Notes under the pieces: model-generated
What the model was told of the DNA's origin: nothing
What the model saw: the letters and a program-made list of their open reading frames with translations, nothing else
Databases searched by the model: none
Program-made: the position numbers and the translations under genes
Shown: positions 34,601 to 42,912 of the stretch, piece by piece
Layout of the letters: each line of letters begins with the position of its first letter
How positions within the stretch are numbered: the stretch's first letter is position 1
Assembly (NCBI GenBank): GCA_965203555.1
Contig: CBDBCY010000004.1
Location: forward strand, 2,368,001-2,432,000
Direction of reading: 5' to 3'
Origin: Acidimicrobiia bacterium
GTDB taxonomy: Bacteria; Actinomycetota; Acidimicrobiia; Spongiisociales; ZC4RG35
Length of the DNA stretch: 64,000 bases

Positions 34601-36058
34601 CTGAATAAGGGAGTGATACCGGAGAGTCTTCATCTCGAAACCCCGAATCCGAACGTCGAATGGGACCGGATACCGGTGCGGCTTACGTCCAGCAGGACGG
34701 ACTGGCCTACGGTCTCCGACCGCCCGCCTCTGGCGGGTATCAATGCCTCCGGACTCTCGGGAACCAATGCGCATGTCCTGGTGGAGGGCTACAGGGCGTC
34801 GGCGGGTGTTCCCGCGGAAAGTAACGGCGCATCTTTGCCAACCGGTGCTCCCAAGCCGATACCTGTGTCGCTTCCGGGACCGGTTGACGACCTTTCGATC
34901 TCCGGGCCAAGACCGCCGGAGCGAACCGTTCGTCTATTGCCGCTCTCCGGGAAGTCCGAGGGTGCGCTCCGGGAACTGGCGGAGCGGTACCTGGGGTGGC
35001 TCGACGGCGACGAGGGGCCCGCCTCCGATGCGACCCTGTCCGACTTGGCCTGGACTGCGGGCGTGGGCCGCGGTCACTTCCCGCACCGCGCCTGTCTTCC
35101 ATTCGGCGACGTCGAACAACTTCGGAAGCGACTGCATGGGTTGGCGGGCGCCGATGGGACACCGACGCCGCAAGCTCTCCACCGGGCGACCAGAGTTGCA
35201 TTCGCGTACCCCGGACAGGACAGCCGACGGATTGGCATGGCAGAGGCGCTGTACCGCAGCGAGCCGGTGGCGCGGGCAGTGCTGGACCGGTGCGACGAAC
35301 TGATTCGTCAAGACCGGGGGTTCTCGCTGCTTGATGTGATGTTCCGTCGCACCGGGGTCAACCAGGACCCGAACGATCCGGCGTGGGTCCTGCCGGCTGT
35401 CTATGCGCTCGGCTGCGCCCTGACCGCGCAGTGGGCGAGCGTAGGCATACGGCCCAGTGCGGTGGTGGGCAACGGTCCAGGAGCGCTGGCGGCAGGGCAG
35501 GTGGCCGGAGTATTCAGCCTTGAGGAAGGTCTGCGACTCGCGGCGGCATTGGGCAACCTCAAGAAGACGTGGTCGGAGCAGGGCGGGCAGGATACGCTCG
35601 GAAGCCCGCAGACGGCGCTCGCCGACGTTACGGTCTCCGCGCCTACCGTCGCCCTGGTCGGCAGCGCGACTGGACGGCTGGTGGATTCCGTTGGCGCCCT
35701 TGACCTCAACCACTGGCTCAGGCAGGCCGAGGAACCCGTGGACTTTTCCGGCTGTGCAGAGACTTTGGCCCAGCTTGGAGCGGATGTGGTAGTGGGGATC
35801 GGTTCCGCCCCGGGGCTGGGCCGACCGATTGTTGACGCTTGGCCGGAGGCCGCCGGGCCGCCGGTCGTGATTTCCGCGCTGGCGAGTCCGTCCGGCGACA
35901 AAGAATCGCCGGACTCCGATGGCGGGTTCGCGAGAGCAGTGGCTGGTGCATACGAGGCCGGGCTGGACGTCTCTTTTGCCGGATTGTTTGCCGGAGAGTC
36001 CCGGCGTCGAATTTCTATCCCGACTTACGCCTTCCAACGCAGGCGACACTGGATCTAA
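25667..36058 (+). CDS. supA: Sup-type type I PKS/FAS: KS-AT-DH-cMT-ER-KR-ACP-KS-AT(inactive)
   Basis: KS1 DTACSSS/HGTGT/GH; AT1 GHSLG..AYHS; DH HQVYGRVVMPG; MT IEVGAGTG; ER HTASGGVG; KR GGLGGIG..QANHAAAN; ACP GMDSL; KS2 DMACASS/HAVGS; AT2 GNGPG. Domain order and neighbouring genes match sponge-symbiont SupA. The start may be 25736. Confidence 0.9.
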   Translation: MTLRESSGPSRRSVASFVAEERDMSSSGEPIAIVGMACRFPGAPDLAAFWRLLERGGNAVTEGVPGSGVGRVGELYPDAEVQSEACRFGAFIEGIDLFDAEFFRISPVEAQLLDPQQRLMLETSWQALEDAGMDPERLKGSRTGVYIGISNMDYRLLNLDSSQTAEAATSLYAVSGTSLNTAAGRVAFALGLEGPAMAVDTACSSSLVAVHQAVSALQRDEASVILAGGVQAVLNGRLTELRANARMLSPDGKCKAFDASANGFVRGEGCGIVVLKRLRDAEADGDRIWGVILGSALNQDGTSAGFTVPSERAQAEVITEALRRAGVAPWQVDYLEAHGTGTEVGDPIELNSAGAVYGQGREPDRPLLVGSVKTNIGHLEPAAGVAGLMKVILSMQHGTVPKHLHFRDPNPGVAWDALPLQIATECTDWPVHTDRPPRAGISAYGWSGTNAHVVVEGYGEPVRGSDQGGRPSGPAGLYRDIAVSLPNSGAGMAPSPDEVADRPARLLPLSAKSEVALRELADRYLSWLDEQADAPSANGSAADLHPGDMTWTAAEGRGHFDFRAGVVFRDMASLRAGLKAVAGMESPSSPRNARRVAFAFTGQGAQWQGMGQSLYRSEPVARAVLDRCDQLIRQERGVSLLDVMFGRPAAAGDLHDPAWTQPAIYALQCALSALWESVGIRPEVVLGHSLGEIAAAHAAGVFTLEEGLRFASTRGTLMAALPSAGAMAAVFAPERRVKAEVAEWNEARGAADLCVAVDNGAHQVISGPAAQVHAFSDRMEEAGVKVRRLAPSPAYHSPLVEPALDDLEAFFADVAVSSAGIPLVSNVTGRVVEPGMAMDGAYWRRQAGEPVAFRSSVETLAALGVDAVIELGPHAVLGPLVSVNWPQNPGNLEGPAVLVSLLRPSWDGSEPERADAFLQAVAGAYEGGLPVSFEGLFAGESRRRVALPGYPFQRRRHWVPKAGRRRRGDAHPLLGVRHESPRGEIMFETEMSPSDPGWLSDHQVYGRVVMPGAVYGAMAASASVADGRGPAAVEDLQLHNPLVFPSHDAGSEAEVPGRQVQVLLDKVDGAQPRGFEIFSRGPNEEGWTIHAEGRLVPIDGRLDGRDRTDPGVLRAGMQIQDLRAYYRAKEATGIDFGPRFRSLEALWGRPGEAVGEVVLTEPGEAGGSQIHPLLLDGCFQVLSAARDLAGVGTGATYLPFAWERLWLNGPLPDRLVCHARMRDSDRTADAQAGEQPETLTGDLIFYDHQGAVLGGLEGYTVKRATRAALLSASEELGEMLYEVAWRERPLAGGLVSAEALTGPAAVSENTSPFADYLSSEGVAMEDRAMLLNDLECLSRSYALAALEELGWRRRRGEAVEPETLRDLLGIEPEHTRLVGRLLRLVRDAGLLSGPDDEGRYIVEVDTGGPLGDEALADSEAFADRVAERHPHGLNELGLVRRSGIALAGGLCGTVDILEVLFRSEGPGVTEYYFAAPASRASNRLLADAVAQVAKDWPEDRPLRVIEVGAGTGSATSVVLAELPDACDYMFTDISAGFFAEAESRFADSPIPMEYRPLDIERAPSAQEFEPHAYDLIIAANVLHATRDLDETLTNCLELLAPSGQLIALENMRGRGWQDITFGLLDGWWRFADDCRPDHAMALPSVWRQALVDAGYDEVSFLGIEGVEEGGPFGSSVFLAQGPAEVALPAGLWVMCSAGDDVSLEMARELARRNQTVVVADSTLPPGPPEGERKVVRRAVVADSRESWRDLLDELPEDIPFRGVVHLGALRGHGPQASVAQLREDTTDAGGSALALVQALLDADVAPENGLWFITLGAQALERDYMRDCVGEPAGAVLWGFGRAVAREASHLLPRMLDIDPADPAPITRLVDELMYADQETQVALRDGDRLAARLIRTGASRTRVDLPEDPAWRLMPDAEGMLEGLSAQPAPRRPLGPGQVRVAVEAVGVNFLDVLLSMGVVDSAEPLLGEEFCGGIVETAPDVTDFAVGDRVAGLSFGTFSPEVVTQVELVAQAPRGVSAAALATIPSAFVSAGLSFEMAGLKAGARVLIHTASGGVGLAAVQLAQAAGWEVFATASAPKQAYLRSVGIEHVFDSRTTDFGRGVLDATGGDGVDMVLNSLTGPGFIEASLSCLAPGGSFVEMGRRDIWSPEEMAESRPDVSYSILELDWLKKNEPAHPGAVLRDVMERITTGALAPLAHTRWPIAEAPAAMDFMRSARHIGKNVLVMPPLAGGRLRPNGTYLVTGGLGGIGMEVAKWLAGHGAGVIVLNGRRPPDPAARRAIKALERQGADVRVELADVTQASAVDEMLARLDAQAPPLAGVIHSVGVLSDGALGNQTWERFERVLWPKVLGAWHLHRATSDRDLDLFVLFSSITGVLGKSGQANHAAANTFLDQLAAYRRSLGLPGQAIAWGAWSELGEAEEQRERIERQLEAQGTGWISPEQGLDAFHELVRRDLTSSMVGAVDWPVFTENYEGAPSFFEDLLPGGLESGEDDGAASGPTDVLSELRHGAPADWEGLLVSFLQRELQAVLRLPSVPAPAVGFFDLGMDSLMSVEFRNRLNRSLSGEFVLSSTAVFDYPSLDSLAGHLLEELTPTMASDTPDATRESPVPDRPPQAPRDEDDIAVVGMACRFPGASDLPAFWRLLESGENAVTDGRTDGGPWSGVTGDPAAGDAVYRRGGFVEGIDYFDSRFFRISPIEAQLMDPQQRMLLETAWQALEDAAMDPEQLRGSRTGVYAGVGSPEYRDVIAAGGREDSYLGTAPSVAVGRVAFALGLEGPAMPVDMACASSLAAVHQAVAALQGGDVDLALVGGVNATLSQAFVRFHLDIGMLSATGRCRAFDAAADGFVRGEGCGVVVLKRLGEAEADGDRIWAVIRGSAVNQNGASAALTVPNGPAQERVMTEALARAGVSPSDVDYLEAHAVGSQLGDPIELNAVGAVYGAQRDPRRPLLIGSVKSNIGHIEWAAGIAAFIKTVLSLNKGVIPESLHLETPNPNVEWDRIPVRLTSSRTDWPTVSDRPPLAGINASGLSGTNAHVLVEGYRASAGVPAESNGASLPTGAPKPIPVSLPGPVDDLSISGPRPPERTVRLLPLSGKSEGALRELAERYLGWLDGDEGPASDATLSDLAWTAGVGRGHFPHRACLPFGDVEQLRKRLHGLAGADGTPTPQALHRATRVAFAYPGQDSRRIGMAEALYRSEPVARAVLDRCDELIRQDRGFSLLDVMFRRTGVNQDPNDPAWVLPAVYALGCALTAQWASVGIRPSAVVGNGPGALAAGQVAGVFSLEEGLRLAAALGNLKKTWSEQGGQDTLGSPQTALADVTVSAPTVALVGSATGRLVDSVGALDLNHWLRQAEEPVDFSGCAETLAQLGADVVVGIGSAPGLGRPIVDAWPEAAGPPVVISALASPSGDKESPDSDGGFARAVAGAYEAGLDVSFAGLFAGESRRRISIPTYAFQRRRHWI

Positions 36059-36125
36059 CCCGGAATCAGGACAGCGCGGTCCCCAGCCTTGCCGCGTCCT
36101 CGGTGCGCGCCCGATGCAGTCGAGG

Positions 36126-36878
36126 CTAAGAGCTTCGGCGGTTCTTGAGCTTGGCCTTCACGTAGTCGCGGTTCATCATGGCTATGAAGTCGATGGAGAT
36201 CTGCTTGGGGCAGGCCGCTTCGCACTCTCCGTGGTTGGTGCAGGAACCGAAGAACTGCTCCATGGTGTCCACCATGCGCTCGGTCCGCAGGTAGCGCTCG
36301 GCGCTTCCCTGGGGGAGCAGGTTGAGATGGGATGCCTTGGCGGCTGTGAACAGTTGGGCGGCGGAGTTGGGACACACCGCCACGCAGGCGCCGCATCCGA
36401 TGCATGCGGCCGCGTCGAAGGCGGTCTCGGCTATCTCCTTGGGCACCGGGGTGAGGTTGGCCTCGGGAGCGGCGCCGGTGGCCACCGTGATGAATCCCCC
36501 GGCCTCGATGATCCGGTCGAAGGCCGAGCGGTCCACCATCAGGTCGCGGATAATCTCGAAGGCGGCGGCTCTCCAGGGTTCGACCGTGATCGTGTCGCCG
36601 TCGGAGAAGCTTCTCATGTGGAGTTGGCAGGTGGCGGTGGCCGCCTGCGGGCCGTGCGCCCTCCCGTTGATCATCACCCCGCAGGCGCCGCAAATCCCCT
36701 CCCGGCAGTCCGAGTCGAAGGTGATCGGCTCGATGTCCTCCAGGGTGAGCCGTTCGTTCAGCACATCCAGCATCTCCAGAAACGACATCTCCTCCGAGAT
36801 ATCGGAAACCTGGTAGGTCTCGAACCTGCCCCGGTCCGATGGACCGGCCTGCCGCCAAACCCGCAATGTGATGTTCAC
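36126..36878 (-). CDS. sdhB: Succinate dehydrogenase/fumarate reductase Fe-S subunit
   Basis: [37 protein letters not shown]; GTG start overlaps the sdhA stop. Confidence 0.93.
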   Translation of the reverse strand: MNITLRVWRQAGPSDRGRFETYQVSDISEEMSFLEMLDVLNERLTLEDIEPITFDSDCREGICGACGVMINGRAHGPQAATATCQLHMRSFSDGDTITVEPWRAAAFEIIRDLMVDRSAFDRIIEAGGFITVATGAAPEANLTPVPKEIAETAFDAAACIGCGACVAVCPNSAAQLFTAAKASHLNLLPQGSAERYLRTERMVDTMEQFFGSCTNHGECEAACPKQISIDFIAMMNRDYVKAKLKNRRSS

Positions 36879-38800
36879 TTGTAACTCCGGGTGCTCAACT
36901 TGACGTTGCGGAACTCCAGGGGCTCTTCCTGCAGTTGTGGCCGGGCCGGATCGCCGGTCCAGAACCAGGCGGATACGGTGGCGAAGTTCTGGTCGTCGCG
37001 AACCGCTTCGCCCTGGGCCGTTTGATGTTCTTCCCGAAAGTGTCCCCCGCATGACTCCTCGCGCTGACGGGCGTCGACGCACATCGCCATGGCCAATTCG
37101 AAGAAATCTTCCAGTCGAGCCGCCTTTTCCAGGGTCTGGTTGACGCTTTCCCCGTCGCCGGGGACCCGGGCCGAGGCTCGGAACTCCTCGTACAGGTCGG
37201 GCAACTCCGCCATGGCCTGGTCGAGGCCCCGGCGGCTTCTGGACATCCCGCAGTGGTCCCACACCACCCGTCCCAGCCGACGGTGGAAGTCGTCGACCGT
37301 TCGATTTCCCCTCATGGAAAGCAGCCGGGAGATCCGGTCCCGCAGTTCCGACTCGGTGCGGATGAAGGCCTCGTCCGAAGTCGAAGGCGGGTCCTCGTTC
37401 AGGAAGTCGGCCAGGTAATCACCGATGGTGTAGGGGAGCACGAAGTAGCCGTCGGCCAGTCCCTGCATGAGAGCCGAGGCACCCAGCCGGTTGGCGCCGT
37501 GGTCGGAGAAGTTGCCTTCTCCCAGGGCGTAAAGACCCGGAATGGTGGTCATCAGGTTGTAGTCCACCCACAACCCGCCCATCGTGTAGTGAGGAGCGGG
37601 ATAGATGCGCATCGGCGCCTGATAGGGGTCCTCGTCGGTGATCCGGTTGTACATCTGCATCAGGTTGTCATAGCGGGCGGCGATAGCCGAGCGGCCCAGC
37701 CGCCCGATCGCATCCCGGAAGTCCAGGTAGACGCCGTTCTTCCTCGCACCCACCCCATGGCCCGCGTCCACCATTCGCTTGGCGGCCCGTGACGCCACAT
37801 CTCTGGGCACCAGATTCCCGAACGAGGGATAGATTCTCTCCAGGTAATAGTCCCGGTCCTCGTCCGGAATCCGGTCGGGGGGTCGGTCGTCGTCTGCAGA
37901 CTTCGGCACCCATACCCGTCCGTCGTTGCGCAGGGACTCCGACATCAGGGTCAGCTTGGACTGAAACTCTTCTGCGGCGGGAATGCAAGTGGGGTGAATC
38001 TGGGTGTAGCACGGGTTTGCGAAGGCTGCTCCGCGGCGATGGGCCCGCCAGATGGCCGTGACGTTGCAGGTCATGGCATTGGTGGACAGGTAATAGACGT
38101 TGGAGTAACCGCCGGTGCACAGGACCACCGCGTGGGCCGAGTGAGAACTGATCTCCCCGGTGAGAAGATCCCTCACGACTACCCCCACGGCCCGACCTTC
38201 CTTCATCACCACGTCCATGAACTCGGTGCGCACCCACAGTTTCACGGCGCCGAGTCCGACCTGGCGCGCCATGGCCTGGTAGGCCCCCAGCAGCAATTGC
38301 TGTCCGGTCTGGCCGCGGGAATAGAAGGTGCGGGAGACCTGGGCCCCGCCGAAGGAGCGGTTGTCCAGCAATCCCCCGTACTCGCGGGCGAAGGGAACAC
38401 CCTGGGCTGTCGCTTGGTCGATGATGTTGAGGGACAGTTGGGCCAACCGGTAGACGTTGGCTTCCCGGGAGCGGAAATCGCCGCCCTTGATGGTGTCGTA
38501 GAACAGCCGGTCGACCGAGTCGCCGTCGTTCCGATAGTTCTTTGCGGCGTTGATCCCTCCCTGGGCGGCGATGGAGTGTGCCCGGCGGGGGGTGTCGTGG
38601 AAGGTGAAGACATCCACCCGGTAGCCGAGTTCCGCCAGGGTTGCCGCGGCCGATGCCCCGGCCAGGCCTGAACCGATCACGATGATCTTGAAGCGGCGTT
38701 TGTTGGCGGGGTTGACCAGGTTGACGGAGAAGCGGTGGTTGTCCCAGGAGTCGGCCAGAGAGCCGTTGGGAACCTTGGGGTCCAGCACCGTGGCGGTCAT
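36875..38800 (-). CDS. sdhA: Succinate dehydrogenase/fumarate reductase flavoprotein subunit
   Basis: [18 protein letters not shown] (covalent FAD His), [30 protein letters not shown]; start MTATVLDPK at 38800. Confidence 0.95.
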   Translation of the reverse strand: MTATVLDPKVPNGSLADSWDNHRFSVNLVNPANKRRFKIIVIGSGLAGASAAATLAELGYRVDVFTFHDTPRRAHSIAAQGGINAAKNYRNDGDSVDRLFYDTIKGGDFRSREANVYRLAQLSLNIIDQATAQGVPFAREYGGLLDNRSFGGAQVSRTFYSRGQTGQQLLLGAYQAMARQVGLGAVKLWVRTEFMDVVMKEGRAVGVVVRDLLTGEISSHSAHAVVLCTGGYSNVYYLSTNAMTCNVTAIWRAHRRGAAFANPCYTQIHPTCIPAAEEFQSKLTLMSESLRNDGRVWVPKSADDDRPPDRIPDEDRDYYLERIYPSFGNLVPRDVASRAAKRMVDAGHGVGARKNGVYLDFRDAIGRLGRSAIAARYDNLMQMYNRITDEDPYQAPMRIYPAPHYTMGGLWVDYNLMTTIPGLYALGEGNFSDHGANRLGASALMQGLADGYFVLPYTIGDYLADFLNEDPPSTSDEAFIRTESELRDRISRLLSMRGNRTVDDFHRRLGRVVWDHCGMSRSRRGLDQAMAELPDLYEEFRASARVPGDGESVNQTLEKAARLEDFFELAMAMCVDARQREESCGGHFREEHQTAQGEAVRDDQNFATVSAWFWTGDPARPQLQEEPLEFRNVKLSTRSYK

Positions 38801-39516
38801 CCCACCATCCCCGTCCACACTGCCACCGGAATGCTCACGTTGCCGATCACGATCACCGCCGAAAAGGCCTGGGCGAACCACCGCCGCCAGCGTGCGTAGG
38901 CGGGATGAGCCAGGCCCAGACTTTGAAAGAGAGACCAGGCGCCGTGGTAGATGTGAATCCCCAGCAGCACGTTGGCCACGATGTAAAGGACTGCCACTCC
39001 TCCCCGGGAAAGTGAACCGATCAGATTGGCCTCCACCGCCCCGGCCTCCCAGCCCTCCGGCGCCATCGGGACTAATCCCCAGGTGAGATCGGCCAGATGC
39101 CAGAACAGAAAGATGGCGACGATGACGCCGCTCCACCGCATAGTGCGGGAGGCGTAGCCGGCCACCGCGTAGTCGCGTGGACCCTGATAGGTGACGTTGG
39201 CTCTGCGATTGAGCATGGTGAGGCTGGCCGCGGCATGAATATGAAGCAGAAAAGCCACCACCAACCCGGTACGGAAGATCCACAGGGTCACTGTCTTCGG
39301 CAACAGCGGGTAAAGCAACTCTCTGAGGAAGTGGGCATAGGAGTCAAGCTGCCCGTCACCCAGGTAAACCTTCAGATTGCCGATCATGTGACCCAGAACG
39401 AATGCCAGCAGCGCTATGCCGGTTATTGCCATGACCCACTTCTTTCCCACCGCGGACCGGTAGAACTCGAGAGGCCACGGTCGTCGGTGGGCAGCAGAGA
39501 CGGAGTCGGAAGTCAT
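38797..39516 (-). CDS. sdhC: Succinate dehydrogenase cytochrome b558 subunit
   Basis: [37 protein letters not shown]; about 5 TM helices. Confidence 0.9.
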   Translation of the reverse strand: MTSDSVSAAHRRPWPLEFYRSAVGKKWVMAITGIALLAFVLGHMIGNLKVYLGDGQLDSYAHFLRELLYPLLPKTVTLWIFRTGLVVAFLLHIHAAASLTMLNRRANVTYQGPRDYAVAGYASRTMRWSGVIVAIFLFWHLADLTWGLVPMAPEGWEAGAVEANLIGSLSRGGVAVLYIVANVLLGIHIYHGAWSLFQSLGLAHPAYARWRRWFAQAFSAVIVIGNVSIPVAVWTGMVG

Positions 39517-39594
39517 CTAACCGATGTGGTGCATGGGCTGATCCACCGATTGTAAACAGAACGCGCCCTCCTCTGGGAGCGAATCGGTCTCCAT

Positions 39595-39623
39595 TTGACA
39601 TTTTGTATGAGTCCGTATATATT
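39595..39623 (+). promoter_or_regulatory. Sigma70/SigA-type promoter upstream of whiB
   Basis: TTGACA (39595-39600), 17-bp spacer, TATATT (39618-39623). Confidence 0.6.
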
Positions 39624-39715
39624 CCGTCGGTGTAATTACATCGTTGTAATAAAATGACCGATGGGACGATGGTAAACCCCCATTGGGACCTGCAGAATCG
39701 AGAAAGGGAAGGACG

Positions 39716-39991
39716 ATGCGACGTAGCTTGATAGAGGCCTTGGCGAGCGTGCCGCTTGACTGGCAGAACTATGCCAACTGCCTGGGAGCGGATGCTGACT
39801 TGTTCTTTCCGGAGCGCGGCTCGTCCACCCGCAAGGCGAAGGCCATTTGCGGGGAGTGCGAGGTGCAGATCGAGTGTCTCGATTACGCATTGGACAACGG
39901 CGAGCGTTTCGGCATCTGGGGCGGATTGTCGGAGAGGGAACGGCGTCGGGTGCGGCACGACCGGGCGAGGAGAACAGCAGTCGCCTCCTGA
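39716..39991 (+). CDS. whiB: WhiB family Fe-S transcriptional regulator (WhiB2/WhiB-like)
   Basis: W...ANC..D.DLFFPERGSSTRKAKAICGECEV..ECLDYAL..ERFGIWGGLSERERR. Confidence 0.92.
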   Translation: MRRSLIEALASVPLDWQNYANCLGADADLFFPERGSSTRKAKAICGECEVQIECLDYALDNGERFGIWGGLSERERRRVRHDRARRTAVAS

Positions 39992-40035
39992 TGGCGCCCC
40001 TAAAATCAGGTGGGCCACGAGGTTAGGGGGATAAC

Positions 40036-40947
40036 TTGGAAGTCCTGTTCGGTTTCGGCGTCCTGTTGCTTGCTCTGGCAGGCCTCATCATCCTGCTGGT
40101 GCGCTTGTTCCGCCGCTTTCGATCCGGGGCGCGGTCCTCGGACGCGGAGGCCGATCCGTTGGCGCCCATGCCGAACCTGGAGGATCTGTCTGTCTCCGGA
40201 GACATGGCCCGGGTGACCTTCGCCGTGCCGATGGTGGGCAAGGATCCCGTCCTGCTGGAACTGTTGAGCTATTACGCCCTGGAGGCGGTACGCCGAGCTC
40301 GCCGGCGCCTTCCCCTGGCGAGCCTGGAAGGGGTGGAAGTCTTTGTCTCCCACCGGGGCCAGTTGAAGAAGGTGGGGAAGGTTGACTTTGATGAGCCTGG
40401 ACATCTCCCCGAAGATATGCCCGTCCCCGAGATCGCCAGGCTTTCGGAGGTGATGGACGACCCGTTGGACAGCGACTTTCAGGCGCCGAAAGGTTCAAAG
40501 CCTCCGGCCAGCCACGCGGACGGTGAAAAGCTGGCGCCCCTGGGATCCTTTCTGAAAATCTCAGCCAAGGCAGAGACCGCCCTGCGTCTGCAGGGTATAG
40601 ATCCTCGCGACATGAGCGCCGGTGAGTTGGTGCGCGGCATTCTGGCGCTGCGGGGCTACACCGTCTCTCCCGGCAAGGACGCCCACACCCATCACGCCCG
40701 AAAAGGTTCCGCCACCGTGTTCTTGAGGGAGGTCCCCCACGCCCGGGGCGGATATCCCGAGCTGTCCGAAAGGGAGATAAACCGCTTCGTGATGGATATG
40801 GTGGGTTCCCGCATGGCAAGGGGGATGCTGGTGACCGAGAAGTACGGGCCCTTCTCGGTGTACAAAATGGAACGGCGGAATCATAAGATCCGGTTTGTTA
40901 CGCGGGAACGGCTCCAGAAAGCCATAGATGCGTTAGCCTTGGGGTAA
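40036..40947 (+). CDS. Membrane-anchored hypothetical protein with a degenerate Mrr-like C-terminal domain
   Basis: N-terminal TM; the C-terminus ELVRGILALRGYTV..ARKG..INRFV..RGMLVT..IRFVTRERL follows the Mrr_cat pattern without the D..QxK residues. Confidence 0.5.
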   Translation: MEVLFGFGVLLLALAGLIILLVRLFRRFRSGARSSDAEADPLAPMPNLEDLSVSGDMARVTFAVPMVGKDPVLLELLSYYALEAVRRARRRLPLASLEGVEVFVSHRGQLKKVGKVDFDEPGHLPEDMPVPEIARLSEVMDDPLDSDFQAPKGSKPPASHADGEKLAPLGSFLKISAKAETALRLQGIDPRDMSAGELVRGILALRGYTVSPGKDAHTHHARKGSATVFLREVPHARGGYPELSEREINRFVMDMVGSRMARGMLVTEKYGPFSVYKMERRNHKIRFVTRERLQKAIDALALG

Positions 40948-40992
40948 CTGCTCCGCGTTCGGCGTGGAGAAGACCAACAAAGGAGAAAGACG

Positions 40993-41187
40993 TTGTTTGG
41001 TTTGAAACCCTTGGAACTCGGGATAATCGTACTGATCCTGCTGCTGCTCTTCGGCGCCTCCAAGCTTCCCAAGCTGGCGCGGTCGTTGGGATCGTCCGCC
41101 CGCGAGTTCCGGAAGGGAGTCGAGGAGGGCGCCAACGCCAAGGCAGGCGATTCCTCGGACGCCGCCGAGGCCGGCGAGGACTCTTAG
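40993..41187 (+). CDS. tatA: Twin-arginine translocase subunit TatA
   Basis: ELGIIVLILLLLFGASKLPKLARSLG...REFRKG; AGGAG RBS. Confidence 0.93.
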   Translation: MFGLKPLELGIIVLILLLLFGASKLPKLARSLGSSAREFRKGVEEGANAKAGDSSDAAEAGEDS

Positions 41188-41217
41188 AACTTCAACCGCT
41201 CGAGAACTCCCCGCAGG

Positions 41218-41676
41218 TCAGATTTGCTGGAGAGCCCCCTCGTAGCTTTCGAAATCGCGGGGAGTCGTGATTGAATCCGTGGTGATGACTTCCCTCACCA
41301 CCCGGTCGGAGTCAATCACGTAGGTGGCGCGTTGCGCCACGCCCAACGTGTCGTTGAAACACCCGTACAGTTGGGCAACCTGCCCGTGGGGCCAGAAATC
41401 GGAGAGGATGGGGAAATTAAAACCTTGCTCCTCAGCCCACTTCTTGTTGGAGTAACGGGTATCACAGGTTAGAACCACCACTTGGACTCCCGATTCCGAC
41501 AGTTTGGCGAGGTTATCCCGGATCTCGCACAGTTCCCCCTCGCAAATGCCGGTGAATGGGAAGGGAATGAACACCAGCAAGGTCTTGCCCCTGGGCAGGC
41601 CGTCCAGGGTCACTTCATTGCCATCTTGATCTTTCAGAGAGAAGGGGGGAGCAATAGAGCCAACTTCTGCTGCCAT
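41218..41676 (-). CDS. Peroxiredoxin (AhpE-like)
   Basis: APPFSLKDQDG, PFPFTGICEGELC (peroxidatic motif), LSDFWPHG, RATYVID. Confidence 0.88.
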   Translation of the reverse strand: MAAEVGSIAPPFSLKDQDGNEVTLDGLPRGKTLLVFIPFPFTGICEGELCEIRDNLAKLSESGVQVVVLTCDTRYSNKKWAEEQGFNFPILSDFWPHGQVAQLYGCFNDTLGVAQRATYVIDSDRVVREVITTDSITTPRDFESYEGALQQI

Positions 41677-41727
41677 TTTGGTCTCCTGGTGTCGGGGCGG
41701 CTGCTTTACGGAGTAAAGCCTACCGGC

Positions 41728-42804
41728 CTACCAGGGGGGATCGTCCAGCAGGACCCGGGCCGCCCAGCCGACCGGATCCTCTACTTCTCGGGTGGTGGGC
41801 AACCCATCCGGTTGCCAGACGCGTTCAGCAGCCATCGGCCCGAACCGCTCCTCCACCTGGACCAGGAATCCCTTCCCCCTCTCGATGTCATCCTCGGTAA
41901 CGGTTACCAGCATTCCAGCCTGGTTGGCGCCCTCCTCCAGCCGCAGGTTGAGGTCCCGCTCACTGAATATCCCGTGAAGGTCGGGCAGCATCCCCGACCC
42001 CGCTTTTTCGACGAGGCGCCGCGACATGGCGGCCGTAACTCCCAGGAACGCCTGGAGGTTCTCGCGGGCCGGTCCGGCGGAGGAAGAGTCGAACAGTCCC
42101 GCCTCATGCACGTCGAGATCCAGTTCGAATAGCGCCGACGGGTCGGTGATCGATCCCAGTTGTCCCATCAGGGACTCCGGCGCCAGTCGCACCGTCGCCG
42201 CGTAATTGTCATTGAGGGTGCGGTAGGAATCCGTGACGTGGGGAAGAGAGAACACCGCTCGATGGGCTGTCTCGTACAGGGCCGCCCACAAACGCACCTG
42301 CCGTCCGTCCACCGAAAGCTCGTCGGCCAAGTCGTCGATCACCGTGGCCACCAGCAGGGTGCGATTGGAAGAGACGGCGGGAAGACCCGTTTCGCATGAT
42401 GCAACCACCCGACCCGCCATCAGCCCAGTCCAAGCTCCGAGTTGGGCGCCCGCCATCACCGGTCCCAATGGCGCAAGCATTTCCCAGCGCTGCCCTTGAG
42501 CGCTGTCTCTCATTTGCGCGGCAAACGGCGCCGCCCACTGACCGAGTTCCTCGACCATCGCATCTCCCCACTCCCGGGGGCCGAGCGGCACAACCGCCGA
42601 AGCCGGAGGAAAACTGAAGGGAGCGGTTTCGGAGATCCGGTACTCGGCCAGTCTCACCAATTCCACGAGTTCCTCGGTAGTCCAAGGGTTGAGCAGTTGA
42701 GACTCCCCGGCAAGATGACGGGAGATCTCCCGGGCCAGGTCCAGGTTGACCGGTCCCGGTTGGCTGAACATTCTCATCAACCGGGAAAAGAGATCTTCGC
42801 TCAC
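41728..42804 (-). CDS. Zincin-like putative hydrolase (DUF2342/Rv3195-like)
   Basis: GPVNLDLAREIS, VRLWAALYETAHRAVF, VWQPDGLPTTREVEDPVGW; HExxH appears as YETAH. Confidence 0.7.
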   Translation of the reverse strand: MSEDLFSRLMRMFSQPGPVNLDLAREISRHLAGESQLLNPWTTEELVELVRLAEYRISETAPFSFPPASAVVPLGPREWGDAMVEELGQWAAPFAAQMRDSAQGQRWEMLAPLGPVMAGAQLGAWTGLMAGRVVASCETGLPAVSSNRTLLVATVIDDLADELSVDGRQVRLWAALYETAHRAVFSLPHVTDSYRTLNDNYAATVRLAPESLMGQLGSITDPSALFELDLDVHEAGLFDSSSAGPARENLQAFLGVTAAMSRRLVEKAGSGMLPDLHGIFSERDLNLRLEEGANQAGMLVTVTEDDIERGKGFLVQVEERFGPMAAERVWQPDGLPTTREVEDPVGWAARVLLDDPPW

Positions 42805-42912
42805 CCTGTCGATTCTATGGTGGTCGGCGGTGATTCTTCTGAACCTTTGCTTCGGATTAAACCCTCCAGTTGCACGCTTGGGCGCCGGCGGCGGCTAATT
42901 TCATCACTACTT

